A stretch of DNA of 63,134 nucleotides, counting the filler, from Octopus bimaculoides (taxonomy: Eukaryota): the NCBI RefSeq assembly GCF_001194135.2. It is 11 parts of 9 records of this genome, joined end to end, with 100 filler letters (N's around TTAATTAATTAA, not from the genome) between each part and the next. Parts side by side here need not be neighbours in the genome. Positions count along the whole stretch, not along the records: positions 39,886 to 57,452 come from NC_068997.1; positions 57,553 to 60,320 come from NC_068983.1; positions 60,421 to 63,134 come from NW_026342481.1; 8 more parts are not named here. The stretch is one strand, 5' to 3'. The translations under genes were made by a program, and so were the position numbers. The notes below the pieces were generated by a model. It was not told where the DNA came from, searched no databases, and saw nothing but the letters and a program-made list of their open reading frames with translations. Positions 51,066 through 63,134 of this stretch are shown in pieces; the first letter of the stretch is position 1, and every line of letters begins with the position of its first letter.

Positions 51066-52464
51066 TTTAATTATTAATCAAAATGATTTCTACAATTCGA
51101 TTTTAGTGTAACATTAAAAAAAAAAAGAAAGTTGTTTTGATGATTTTGAAGTGGAACTGGGGGGAGGTTGGTGAATATTTAGTAATTATGGAATATTTCC
51201 AAATGCAAATATTACATATGGCTGATGCCAAATATATTTTATAGAATTGATTTTTGTCAAGAAATGTCAAAGAAAATAATCCATATTCTGGCAAAAGAAC
51301 TTCAAGTTTAAATATTCTTTATTCTGTCTCATTAAATAAAATAATTATTTGCAATATAGGTCAGAGTAATTGACAGCGGTTTCAGACAGTCTTAGAATAA
51401 AGTTGACAGTTACAAGCAAGCATTCTTTGAAACAAACATATATACCTATGTATACATAGATACTCATACATACTTAAACATACCTACATATATATATACA
51501 TACATACAATACTAACGCGCACACATACCTAGAAACAATACCCCAATATACATCTGCTTACATACATACACCCATACACATATGTATACAGGCATACATA
51601 CATATATAAATGCACACATATGTAGATGCATACAGCTACACACATCCATACATACACACATACATATTCCTGCTTGCATACATACACACATGCATACACA
51701 CATATTTGTGCTTACATACATACATACACATTCACACTTACCGTAATCACATAGATACAAACATACACATTTATGTTTACATGCATACATACACAGCAAC
51801 AGAAACAAAGAATCTACAAGAATTACACTAGAAGCCATAAATAACAATTAAATGGTGTTGTTGAGTTCTTTCTATTTATTCTAAAGTAAAAGTCTGGTTT
51901 AAATAGACACGCTCCATTAGTCGGTATCTATTTATCTAAATCAGAGGAATCTATAGTTTATATACTTCTTTGCCAGTAACTCCTGTGTTTTCTTAATTAC
52001 TTCGTATCCTGGTCTTTCTTTCATCCATTTTCATTGCAACTTCATCCCTTACTTGTTTGTGTCTGTCACAGACACAAAAACGTCTTCCAACCACTCTGAC
52101 CACCTTTTCGGAGGACAGAAAACCTACTGAAATGTTCAGCTTAGATTTAATTCGCAATCCTGTGTAGACTCGTTTATCATTTCTCTTTGTATCAGATTAG
52201 TGTCAACTTTTAAGAAGTATCTGAATGGTTATAGCTTTTGGTGCTTTGTGATTTTGTATTTAAGGAAGAAGTATGTTGGTTACATGGTTGGGCCTACAAC
52301 AGGTAATCTACATTTATCCATTCTAGAAGTATTTAGAAGGTTGAGAAACAGTCGGATCCAGTAAGCCATGGGATATGGAATTTGGTCAAAAGAATGATCA
52401 TGTTTGAGAAATGAACATGTGAAAAAAACTGTTTTTCGGACTCAAATCCTTTGCATCATTGGTC

Positions 52465-52500
<36 letters not shown>

Positions 52501-52599
52501 CCTCCCCCACTCTCTCCTCTCCCTTCTGCCTGCCTGTTTCTCTCACCCCTCTCCCTCCACTCTCCCCCTCTCCCCTCCCCACGCCCTTCTGCTTGCCTG

Positions 52600-52690
<91 letters not shown>

Positions 52691-52769
52691 AATGAGGGAG
52701 AAGGAAGAACGTATTTAAGGACAACAGCTTTGAAATAAATAGCTTCTCTGCCTTGATTATAAATTCACA

Positions 52770-52930
52770 CATCATCATCATTTTAATGTTCATCTTCCAT
52801 GCTGGCATAGGTCGGAGGGTTTGTCCAGAGAACTAGACCAGGCTCCATTTCTGAATGCCCTTCCTACAACCAACCACTTAACAGAGTGAATTGTGTGCTT
52901 TTTATGTGGTAACAACACCAGCAGGGTCAT
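52770..52930 (-). mobile_element. RTE-related 3' end fragment with (GAT)n tail
   Basis: catcatcatcattttaatgttcatcttccatgctggcataggtcgga...gaatgcccttcctacaaccaacc. Confidence 0.55.
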
Positions 52931-53710
52931 TGTGTAACTTGCAAAATGACCCCTCGGCTGGGAGCGTGATCAACAAGGATATAATTTAATAACAAAGCCA
53001 TTAATTATCAGTTTAAATGTGAATTTATAAATTGGGGTAGAGGTGCGACAATTGCAAATATCTAAGGGTTTTCAGGTAAAGAAAGTAAACAGTTAACTTG
53101 TATTTCACAAATATATTTTATGAATACTGTAAGTTGAACAATAAAGATATGCAAGACTTTTCTAAATGGCAGCATCTATTACGTTTTGTAATCCAAATTC
53201 CAGCAACATAAGTTTATTTTCTTTGTTAATATCCTGCTCCTTATGTATGGAAAGAATTTAAAAAAAACAAACATACATTCATAATTTTATTATTTCTTTT
53301 ATTATCCATAAAGTTACTCTTCAAAATTATCTGATTGGGATGGCTCAAAAGTAGAAATACAAATTGCCAATAACAATCTGTTGTAAAAAACATGAGGCTA
53401 CCAAAAGTCGTTCATTGGAATTGATTATTTAAATGTTTTCCAAACTTTGAGAGCTATTTTATGTTGTGTGTTTTGGTTGCCTAGATCTTACTTTCGTTTC
53501 ATTTTACTTACAAAAATATTATAGAAATATTATAAAACACAGAAAAAAATAGAAGGAAACTGAGAGAAAAAAATTCAGTTGAATAAGAAATTTGTAGCAA
53601 GGAGGAAAAGTTTTTTTTTTTAAATTAAATAAATTGGCTAATTCTTTTTTTTTTTCTTCTTCTTTTAAGCAAGTTACAGATTTGGAAACTGATATTTGTG
53701 GTGTATTGTT

Positions 53711-53741
<31 letters not shown>

Positions 53742-53751
53742 NNNNNNNNNN

Positions 53752-53816
<65 letters not shown>

Positions 53817-53924
53817 ATTTATCTATCTATCTCTCTATCTGTCTGTCTGTCACTCTGTCTATCTATACAGTAAATGTATATGTATATGTGTGTGTATGTA
53901 TATATGCATGTGTGTGTTTGTATG

Positions 53925-53958
<34 letters not shown>

Positions 53959-54037
53959 GATATACGCAAGCATATGAGTATATATGTATGTACATAAGTG
54001 CATACATATATGTATGTGCATATATATATATATATAC

Positions 54038-54074
<37 letters not shown>

Positions 54075-55422
54075 AAGAGAGAGTTAAGGAGAGAGAGATT
54101 CATATAGATATATGTATGTATTGATTTATATATATATATGAATGTGTGAGTGTGTGTGGGGGGGGGGGGGGTGTAATATCTTCAAACGGATAAAATTGGT
54201 AAATTCTTTAAAAGCTGCATAATTTCAAAGTCTAAGAGTATTTCTAAAAATATAGAAGGTTATCTTTTACATTTATGCGTAAATGAATTCAATTTACTAA
54301 AAATTGAAAACAATTAAAATCAAATAACTTAAGGTTAGCCTAGCAGCATGATGTCGTAAGTCAGACAGCTCTATATAAATGAAGTGACTTTAATCTCAGT
54401 TTATATCTCAAGATTATTTTTCAAATTTGTATCAAGGAAAAGAAGGAATTTTAAATTTCAGGTAAAAAAAACAAAAACAAGGAGAAAGAAAGAAACTGTT
54501 ATGTTGGATGTCTAAATTCCATTTTGCAAGCAATATTATATTATGGTGTTTAAAGTCAGCTAAATGACATTTATTTGACATCGTTTTGAAATAAAGGGTA
54601 ATCATTGATTGTAAAAATTTGCTCAATGCTTTTTAAGGAGCAAATCAAATAGTTTGCTCTCCTATGAAATAGTTCATTAGCTAAAACACTTTATTAACTG
54701 TGATGAACAAATTGCTGGCTGTGATCAGAAACCATAATAAACAAGTCACTGACTGTTGAATGCTTCATTGGCATCAGCAGACTGACAACAACAGTTGCTT
54801 TGCTATAGTTGGTTCACTAATTATAAGAAACAGATCATTAGTGGCAGCCTCATCACAAAAGACTAATGCTAATTCGTAAGCTATGCCCTGGAATTATTTC
54901 TACAAAAGCTCAAAAGCCAAAAAAGAGAAGCTGAGTCCCTCTGTATCTAACAGACATCAATTCGACATTCACACAGAACCCAGTTCCATGTTTCTCGGGA
55001 GTCTTCACATGGTTCCTCAAAATAGCAGCCAAATCTCCTTCAAATCACACCTTGTTATCTCTGTGAAAATGGTGAAATATTGAATAATGAAGTATCAGAA
55101 AAATTATATCTGGAAAAAAAAGGAATATTTCTGACTGGAATATCTGGTGTGAGAGATTTGGTTGATCAGGGCTGGCCTGGGGTTAAAATATAGTGACAAC
55201 CATAATAAGGATTTCAAAATTATGTAACAAGCTTCATTAGCTTGCTGTTGTTTCCGTTATAAGATGTGATGCACAAACAGTTGAGTGCTTGCATATTAAC
55301 TTGTAGCTTTGTCAGAGCTTCAAATATATATATATGCACACATACGCATGCATGCACACACACACACATATACAAATATATATACACACTAACATATATA
55401 TATGCATATGTATACATGTATA

Positions 55423-57452
55423 TCATCATCATCATCATCATCATCGTTTAACGTCCGCTTTCCATGCTAACATGGGTTGGACGATTTGACTGAGGACTGG
55501 TGCAACCGGATGTCTACACCAGGCTCCAATCTAATTTGGCAGAGTTTCTACAGTTGGATGCCCTGCCTAACGCCAACCACTCAGAGAGTGTAGTGGGTGC
55601 TTTTACGTGTCACCCGCACGAAAACGGCCACGCTCGAAATGGTGCCTTTTATGTGCCACCCGCACAAGAGCCAGTCCAGGGGCACTGGCAACGATCTTGC
55701 TCGAAAACCCTACAAGGCCAATCAGGCGGTACTGGCAATGGTCACACTCAGGATGGTACATCTTATGAGCCACCCGCACAAGAGCCAGTCCAGGGGCCCT
55801 GGCAACGATCTCACTTGGCTTGCCGGGTCTTCTCACGCACAGCACATTTCCAAAGGTCTCGGTCAGTAGTCATCGCCTCGGTGAGGCCCAATGTTCGAAG
55901 GTCTTGCCTCACCACCTCAGCCCAGGTCTTCCTGGGNNNNNNNNNNNNNNNNNNNNNNNNNNNNNNNNNNNNNNNNNNNNNNNNNNNNNNNNNNNNNNNN
56001 NNNNNNNNNNNNNNNNNNNNNNNNNNNNNNNNNNNNNNNNNNNNNNNNNNNNNNNNNNNNNNNNNNNNNNNNNNNNNNNNNNNNNNNNNNNNNNNNNNNN
56101 NNNNNNNNNNNNNNNNNNNNNNNNNNNNNNNNNNNNNNNNNNNNNNNNNNNNNNNNNNNNNNNNNNNNNNNNNNNNNNNNNNNNNNNNNNNNNNNNNNNN
56201 NNNNNNNNNNNNNNNNNNNNNNNNNNNNNNNNNNNNNNNNNNNNNNNNNNNNNNNNNNNNNNNNNNNNNNNNNNNNNNNNNNNNNNNNNNNNNNNNNNNN
56301 NNNNNNNNNNNNNNNNNNNNNNNNNNNNNNNNNNNNNNNNNNNNNNNNNNNNNNNNNNNNNNNNNNNNNNNNNNNNNNNNNNNNNNNNNNNNNNNNNNNN
56401 NNNNNNNNNNNNNNNNNNNNNNNNNNNNNNNNNNNNNNNNNNNNNNNNNNNNNNNNNNNNNNNNNNNNNNNNNNNNNNNNNNNNNNNNNNNNNNNNNNNN
56501 NNNNNNNNNNNNNNNNNNNNNNNNNNNNNNNNNNNNNNNNNNNNNNNNNNNNNNNNNNNNNNNNNNNNNNNNNNNNNNNNNNNNNNNNNNNNNNNNNNNN
56601 NNNNNNNNNNNNNNNNNNNNNNNNNNNNNNNNNNNNNNNNNNNNNNNNNNNNNNNNNNNNNNNNNNNNNNNNNNNNNNNNNNNNNNNNNNNNNNNNNNNN
56701 NNNNNNNNNNNNNNNNNNNNNNNNNNNNNNNNNNNNNNNNNNNNNNNNNNNNNNNNNNNNNNNNNNNNNNNNNNNNNNNNNNNNNNNNNNNNNNNNNNNN
56801 NNNNNNNNNNNNNNNNNNNNNNNNNNNNNNNNNNNNNNNNNNNNNNNNNNNNNNNNNNNNNNNNNNNNNNNNNNNNNNNNNNNNNNNNNNNNNNNNNNNN
56901 NNNNNNNNNCACCACGTTACTCTGGGTCGAGAGGGGACTTTACACCAGCCACAGATCTGGTCTGTGGCTCTCAACAGGTTGTCCCGCAGAAATCTCCAAT
57001 TGTCTTCCACGTTGTATGATGCTATATCCCCTTCTATTTCGTCAAATGCTTCAAGTAACTTGTCTCTAAGTCTCTGTCCATTTGCAGAGTCTTTAAGTTT
57101 CCATACCCTTCTCCTCCAGGCCGGTCTACTTCTGGGCACCCATATTGCCTTGATCTCGAAGTCGCTAACTACTAATCTGTGTTGGGGTGTACATTCTTCG
57201 CCAGGGAGGGTTTTGGATTTATAAGCCTCCCTCTTTCTCTAGTTCTGGCGAGTATGTAGTCGATTTGGCTAGAGTGTCTGCCGGATTGGTAGGTGACTAG
57301 GTGACAGGCAGGTTTCCTGAAGTTGGTATTGCAAACCATAAGATCGGTTGCATCACAGAACTCCAGCAGTCTGGTTCCCTCCTCATTGCGGGAACCGAAG
57401 CCATAGCCTCCATGTATGTCATGGAAGCCTCCAGCACGACGTCCGACATGAC
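55423..57452 (-). mobile_element. RTE-clade LINE, relatively young (APE endonuclease C-terminus, gap, ORF end, 3' UTR, GAT tail)
   Basis: HVGRRAGGFHDIHGGYGFGSRNEEGTRLLEFC...SQIDYIL, frameshift, EECTPQHRLVV (APE); VWKLKD...W..LRDNLLRATDQICGW; PRKTWAEVVRQDL...DRDLWK; (CAT)n at 55423-55445. Confidence 0.92.
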
Positions 57453-58289
57453 NNNNNNNNNNNNNNNNNNNNNNNNNNNNNNNNNNNNNNNNNNNNTTAA
57501 TTAATTAANNNNNNNNNNNNNNNNNNNNNNNNNNNNNNNNNNNNNNNNNNNNCCTAAAACCTTTCACTCGCGTCAACCACACGAACTCTTTCGTCATAGA
57601 CACTAAGAAGTGGGGTGAATATATGGCGTATGTACTGTATGAATTACTTTATATTAGTGACTGATTGCAGTGTTTATCTGCGATGAGTTTTCAATTGATA
57701 TGTGGGAGAGTCGCTTATATTAATATGCGTCGTGTTATCTTATAAGTATTGGTCTGAACGATTGCAAACATCATTGTATTGAAATTGAATTTCGTGCCCC
57801 TTATTTTAATTTGGGTAAACCGTTGTCGTATCGCCTGTTTGGTACATGCTTGCATAATCTCCTTGCAGGGTAAGCTATGAACTGTCAACAATTCAATGTT
57901 TAAACCGTTTAAGCATTAAATTGTCGTTAATTAAATGCGTGATGCTCAAAGTTACCTAATCACTCTTGTCTGTATACATATTCTAACTTTGATCAGGCAA
58001 TTTGGCATTTGCACGTTTTAGAATTTCATTTAGATTTTCACATTTACATTTTAATTGATTTTCCTGTTCTTTTGCTCGTATTGTTCGTGATTTTTCCTGT
58101 AACTTTCAGAGTGTATTTTTATGTATTTTACTAAGAATAAAAAATTTTGTATTGTTTAACCTTCTTCGTTTTAACACTGATAATTTTCCCTGTTTTACCA
58201 AGCATCTTAATCCTATAGGTCTTACATTGTATTATTTTTTACAATTACATTTACATAAACAATAAAACAATGCTCTCGTGCTTGCGGTA

Positions 58290-60015
58290 TACATGTATAA
58301 CCTTTCACACGCGTCAACCACACAACATCTTTCGTCATAGCTACCAAGGCGCTGGTGATTATAATAACCAAGTTCCATGACCGGATATCGTTGAACAAGT
58401 ATCCTTGCTTCGAATTCGATCTCAGGCCACGTACATCCATACTACCTGGCTTGAGCGAGAACAAATAGAAAAGTTACTCACATTAGCGTCTTTTGTGGAA
58501 TGTAGGTAATCCCAACTTCTCAAAGTGGTTTGTGGGGTGTCCTTAGTTAAATTTTTACACAAGGTTATCAATTATCAATTATCTCAAGTACTAACGCCAC
58601 CAGTACCAGTCCGTCTAATCATAGCTACCCGAAAACTATGAATAGCGACAGTCGCAACGTCCCATTGGCGGCAAAGGTTAATCAAAAAAGAACTTAAACC
58701 TTAGCATGGAAGAATTTGAAAAAATAAAAATGCCTACTAGAAAGAGACGGCACCAATATCTTCCTCTAGCAAGGTCATCGAGAACCGATACATCCGCCAG
58801 CAGAGATTTCTATTTAGGAAGTATACTTTCCACTTAGGAGGTTTATTGACACTGTTGGTCCTTTTCAGTGTCTTTCTTGTCTCTCTCAAGCCTTCACCTT
58901 TCGAACAGTCTCCAATGTAGCACTTTCGTTACATGATCCTGTCGCCACAACTTGTAATGTTTTTGAGCAAGTCTAGAGCAATCGTTCGTCACATGGGCAA
59001 TGGTTTCGTTAACTCTATTGCAGCTGCAGCACAGCGGAGGCACTTGCTCGTTCCTAACGTTGACCTTTCATTTCGTGGCCAAAGCTTGGTCCTGCGCTGC
59101 CTGTAGAGTGTTCTCGGTTTCTTTTTCTAGTGTTCCTTTCATCAGCCAATCCCACCTATTTTTCCTGCAACCTCTCTCGTGGCGCATGGAATTGATTGTA
59201 TAGTCTCTTCTTGGGTCATTCATCTTCATGAACTTTTTGCAATTCTTCCTTTGTTTTTGTTTGCTTTCAATACTCCCTTTTTCCTCACCGTCACTTGCAA
59301 GATTTCCTTACTGTAAAATAGGAATCACATCAAGCTCTCGAATTCGATGCGCAGTCCTCTCCCTCCATTTGCTCCCTTCATGTACAAATAATTAGGGTCT
59401 GCACGTGGATGATGGGCTCCATGCATCGTTAGAAGCTTTATTGACTCTCTGTCCATTTCCTTTAGTTCCTCCTCTGCCCTCTTCGGATTCCAGCGCCATA
59501 CCAAACTACAACGATTGCGCGCGAGTTGATTGCCGAAACGATGTTTCTGACGTTCAGCTTTAAAGCTAATATTTTTCTCACCCGCCGCAGGTATTCTCTT
59601 TTTGTTTTTTTTCCTTCATGTCATTGTATTTGATGCTATCTTCCTCAAGTACTCCCAGGTATTTATAGCTGGATTGAGGTTGAATTGCCTTCGTTATTTC
59701 CCCATTTGGCAACCATATGCCTTCTGTTCTGAAAAGCTTTCCTCGTCTCATCGCCATAGTAGCACATTTTGTGACTCCAAGCTCCATCTTAATATCATTG
59801 GAGAAAATCCGCACAGACTGGACTAGGCTGTCCAGTTCAGCGTCAGTGTTTCGTAAATAGCGTCAGGTCGTACATGAATGACAAGTGGTTCTGTTTTCCC
59901 TTACCTTTTCCCAAATCATACACAAACTTTCTTTTCTGTACTATTTCACTCAAGAGGATCATTCCCAGCACGAAGACCAGTGAAGACACACTACCCCAGT
60001 GAAAGATACCTACCT
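58290..60015 (-). mobile_element. R4/Dong-like non-LTR retrotransposon, 3' half (mid-RT, thumb, CCHC knuckle, decayed endonuclease and UTR)
   Basis: GIFHWGSVSSLVFVLGMI...NHLSFMYDL (decayed FMDD); RIFSNDIKMELGVTKCA...YKYLGVLE; KLLTMHGAHHPRAD...GGRGL; AAQDQAL...CCSCNRVNETIAHVTNDC. Confidence 0.85.
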
Positions 60016-60320
60016 TGATTTTCACGTCAAAAGTGTTGCATGAAAGTTACCAACATGTGGTGAAAAAATATCCCAGTTTCAAACAAACATTTCCTCAGCC
60101 GCCCATTGTAGCCTTTCGACGGAATAAGAACATAAAAGAATTATTGACCTCTATATCTGACTCCAAGAAAACGAACATTGGAGTATCTACACGCTGTACC
60201 TTAAAGAACAGCCGCAAGAGAGGTAAGCCCTGTTCATTGTGCAACAACATGAGTGAAGTGAATACCATCAAAAATCATAATAGAAATGTTATGATTTATA
60301 CAGAAGGGGGAACCTGCAAA
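60016..60320 (+). mobile_element. Penelope-like element fragment (RT-endonuclease linker), truncated by gap
   Basis: FKQTFPQPPIVAFRRNKNIKELL...RC...GKPCSLCNNM...GGTCK is typical of the PLE linker with its zinc motif. Confidence 0.75.
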
Positions 60321-61696
60321 NNNNNNNNNNNNNNNNNNNNNNNNNNNNNNNNNNNNNNNNNNNNTTAATTAATTAANNNNNNNNNNNNNNNNNNNNNNNN
60401 NNNNNNNNNNNNNNNNNNNNGTTTTACTATCTTTGCTAATCTTAGCTATTTCACTTGCTATTTCTTTTAATCGTGATTCACTGTAACCGCGTTTGATATA
60501 ATGATGTACAAAAGTATTTGCATGTTTTCAGTAATTCCCTGTCAGTACAAATCTGTTTTATCCTAAAAAATTGGGATGTCAGATATGATGTGGATGATCG
60601 GAGCGGCGGTGGAGTTATTCTGCAAGCCCAAAGGACGGATTGTGTGGTCAATCTAGCAATAAACCCAAAGTTGGTTATAACAGAGTTTCAGCTTTAATCC
60701 AGTAATTTAACTGTTACAACTTCCAATTATTATATTCATTTAAATATTGTAACTNNNNNNNNNNTTCCTACAAATTCCCATTGAGCCAACTATCTTTCAG
60801 TTGAATTTTGATTACTGAAATTACATTCTCCACAATTAGTTTTCAACCCAGTTGAATTAAGTGATTATTTAGCTTCGTACCTAAGAACTATCTCAGATTA
60901 GTAAGTGCAGACCAAATNNNNNNNNNNTTAGCTTCGTACCTAAGAACTATCTCAGATTAGTAAGTGCAGACCAAATCTACCGTCATATTTATAGTACATT
61001 TTCTTATCTTAAATACTAACCCTTACCAAATTTATTTCAATCCACGTTTTAACGGAATTCATTATGCCCCACGTTTCATTATCTAGCTTTCGTTTCAATA
61101 TATTCATTATCACACAATTTCCTTTAAACTGATACTTCATGGAGCAATTTATTTTGTATGGCGTATTTCACTTATTAATTGCACTGTTCAAATATTCACC
61201 AAATTTCCTAGACTATGTGGTTAGATTTTGTTACTATCAACTTTACACTGGTATTTTTTGTGCAGCAAACGCTTGACCAGATGGTTGAAGGAAGTGTTTT
61301 TTAGGCGTTATTATCATGCTTACTTGGTTATGTACAATTGCTAGATTGTCATTGACTGCACAATGGGTTCATCCTTCCTTTGAATAGGTTTTTCTTTTGG
61401 TGTGCTTTTTGTAACATTCTTCATTAGAATAGCTTGTTGAGGCTGTTGGTTTAGACCGCTGATGACATGACCAAACAACAGCTTCTATTGAGTTACTAGT
61501 TCTTCGTCATTCTGTCGGGATGTCTCCAAGTAATCGTGGTGCATCATGTCTAATCTCAGCTCATTAAGCAATTTTACATTCAACAAGAGTCCTGTATTCG
61601 AGTAAATAATGAGAACACTGAAGAGTNNNNNNNNNNATTCAACAAGAGTCCTGTATTCGAGTAAATAATGAGAACACTGAAGAGTTAAAACATTTT

Positions 61697-61830
61697 TTAG
61701 GGTTGTATTCTTTCTCCTTGCTTTCTCCATTATCCACTGAACGGATAATGCGAGAAGCAATACAAGAAGATGGCTTCAAAGTACATGGTTTGTATATTTC
61801 TAATATAAGGTCGGGAAGTAATAATGCAAG
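61697..61830 (+). mobile_element. RTE-type reverse transcriptase fragment
   Basis: GCILSP...ERIMREAIQEDGFKVHGLYISNIR; decayed just before the YADD position. Confidence 0.55.
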
Positions 61831-61917
61831 AAAAATTTGCCAAGACTGAAGCTGGACCACAAGAAATGATAAATAGAGTCAAGCAGATATCAAACATGTA
61901 TCTTCTTTATCTCAACG

Positions 61918-62033
61918 TGAAGGCACGTAGCTTAGTGGTTTGGGTATTCGGCTCATGATCGTACGGTCTTGAGTTCGATTCCCGGTGGCGCATTGTGTCC
62001 TTGAGCAAGACGCTTTATTTCACTTTGCTCCAG
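61918..62033 (+). mobile_element. tRNA-derived SINE (family A), 5' part
   Basis: tagcttagtggtt A box and gagttcgattcccgg B box; homologous to 12083-12200. Confidence 0.7.
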
Positions 62034-63134
62034 TTGGTTGAACAATAGTGATAAGGCGGCAGCTAGAGAACTTGCGCTGAATCGGGAAGACTTCTATTGT
62101 AGTGTCATCAATGCGCTGCAGGCATACGATACGTGATGATGACGAGTCTCTAGTGTATAGTTTCCCTGGAAGACTGCTACTGNNNNNNNNNNTGATGATG
62201 ACGAGTCTCTAGTGTATAGTTTCCCTGGAAGACTGCTACTGTTTAACAAAATGCAGCTCACAACACCACTCTAACCACAAAGTACAGCTCATCATGATAC
62301 CAGGCAGTAAAACTACATTTATATTATAAAATATCTTAGCACTTCATGTAATAGTGGGTGTATGGATTACCTTGCAGTATTCTTAAAGGCTTCCTGTGTT
62401 CAAATACCACCGAGGTTAATAATGTTTTTCATCCTTTCGTAATCAATAAATAAAGTGCAAGTCCTGCGTCGGGGTATATTATTCTTTTACCCCCTTTTCC
62501 CGTCTATCTGAAAGAAATCAACAGTGGTCAGACCTGAAGTCGGATGGGATCCCCTGGGTCTAAAATGAACAACGCATGCTGTATGCTTCTATTACGGCAT
62601 ACTTGTGACTCCATCAAGAGTTGATAGTCGAGGGCAAGAACTTCAAATTTTAAAGTCGTATTTTGCAGTGATTTACTGCGAATCTACTTCTCAGCCTCGA
62701 CCACTTCCGCTGATACATTTCTCTTTGCTACTTCGATGGCGAACAATTCATGGTCAGTGGTTATGTACTTTTGTAGGTGTCTATAGCAGACTTGCCCTTT
62801 GAGTGACTCTAATGACGCTTTTCATGGCGCTTGTAATTCGGCTAAGGGAAAATTAATATATTAAAAAAGTGGATTCTTACCAAGAGTTGCTCCCGATTGG
62901 GTTATTTAAATTCTGATTCAAACACCAACGAATTTAATATGCTAACTGAAATGAAATCTGCATTTCTGTCAGCCATCTTGGCAGGCAGCACATTCTGCTT
63001 TATTGTCAGAAGTTTACAATAGTTGAACAAATGTTGGCAGACAAGCTCTGCTAGCATGTAACCCAAGTTGTTGTCATGGCATTATACTTCTATTTTAAGT
63101 AAGACATACTATGTGTATGTATGTATGCATGTAT

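Noticed and set aside
5317-55451. Poly-His, poly-Asp, YI, TH, VC and LS ORFs
   Set aside because: Translations of CAT, TA, CA and CT microsatellites, with no splice signals or domain content.
3789-60376. Ten regularly recurring TTAATTAATTAA palindromes
   Set aside because: Each sits between 44 Ns on both sides. They are gap-padding markers, not a biological repeat or CRISPR-like array.
32845-62241. About 49-bp perfect direct repeats (32845/32904, 34171/34230, 60869/60928, 61578/61637, 62134/62193)
   Set aside because: Each pair flanks a 10-N gap and has the same length, consistent with unmerged contig overlaps. Not target-site duplications.
1-63134. CRISPR arrays, rRNA genes, intact tRNA genes or prokaryotic operon-like systems
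   Set aside because: None seen. The periodic repeats are microsatellites or minisatellites without unique spacers.

Overview
AT-rich, heavily gapped eukaryotic scaffold with dense TA/CA/CAT/GATA microsatellites. The repeat families and gap style suggest an Octopus draft assembly; this is inferred from recall, not a database search. Host coding sequence supported: (1) a laminin alpha (alpha3/5, LanA-like) internal coding block on the minus strand at 19246-20592; (2) two phase-compatible ankyrin-repeat exons on the plus strand at 21898-22049 and 26638-26723+; (3) a first coding exon of a secreted protein with a PAN/apple-like motif at 33774-34104. Most other interpretable sequence is decayed mobile DNA: R4/Dong-like and RTE LINEs, four Penelope-like fragments, a Ty3/Gypsy integrase remnant, Tc1/mariner remnants, tRNA-derived SINEs and two tRNA-like fragments. 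The least explained signal is a pair of related, near-perfect hairpins of about 95 nt (540-631 and 15139-15236) that share sequence blocks but have diverged while each stayed self-complementary. Most long ORFs in the supplied track are artefacts of N-gaps or microsatellites. I found no convincing evidence of a complete novel multi-gene system. Coordinates of degenerate repeats are approximate.
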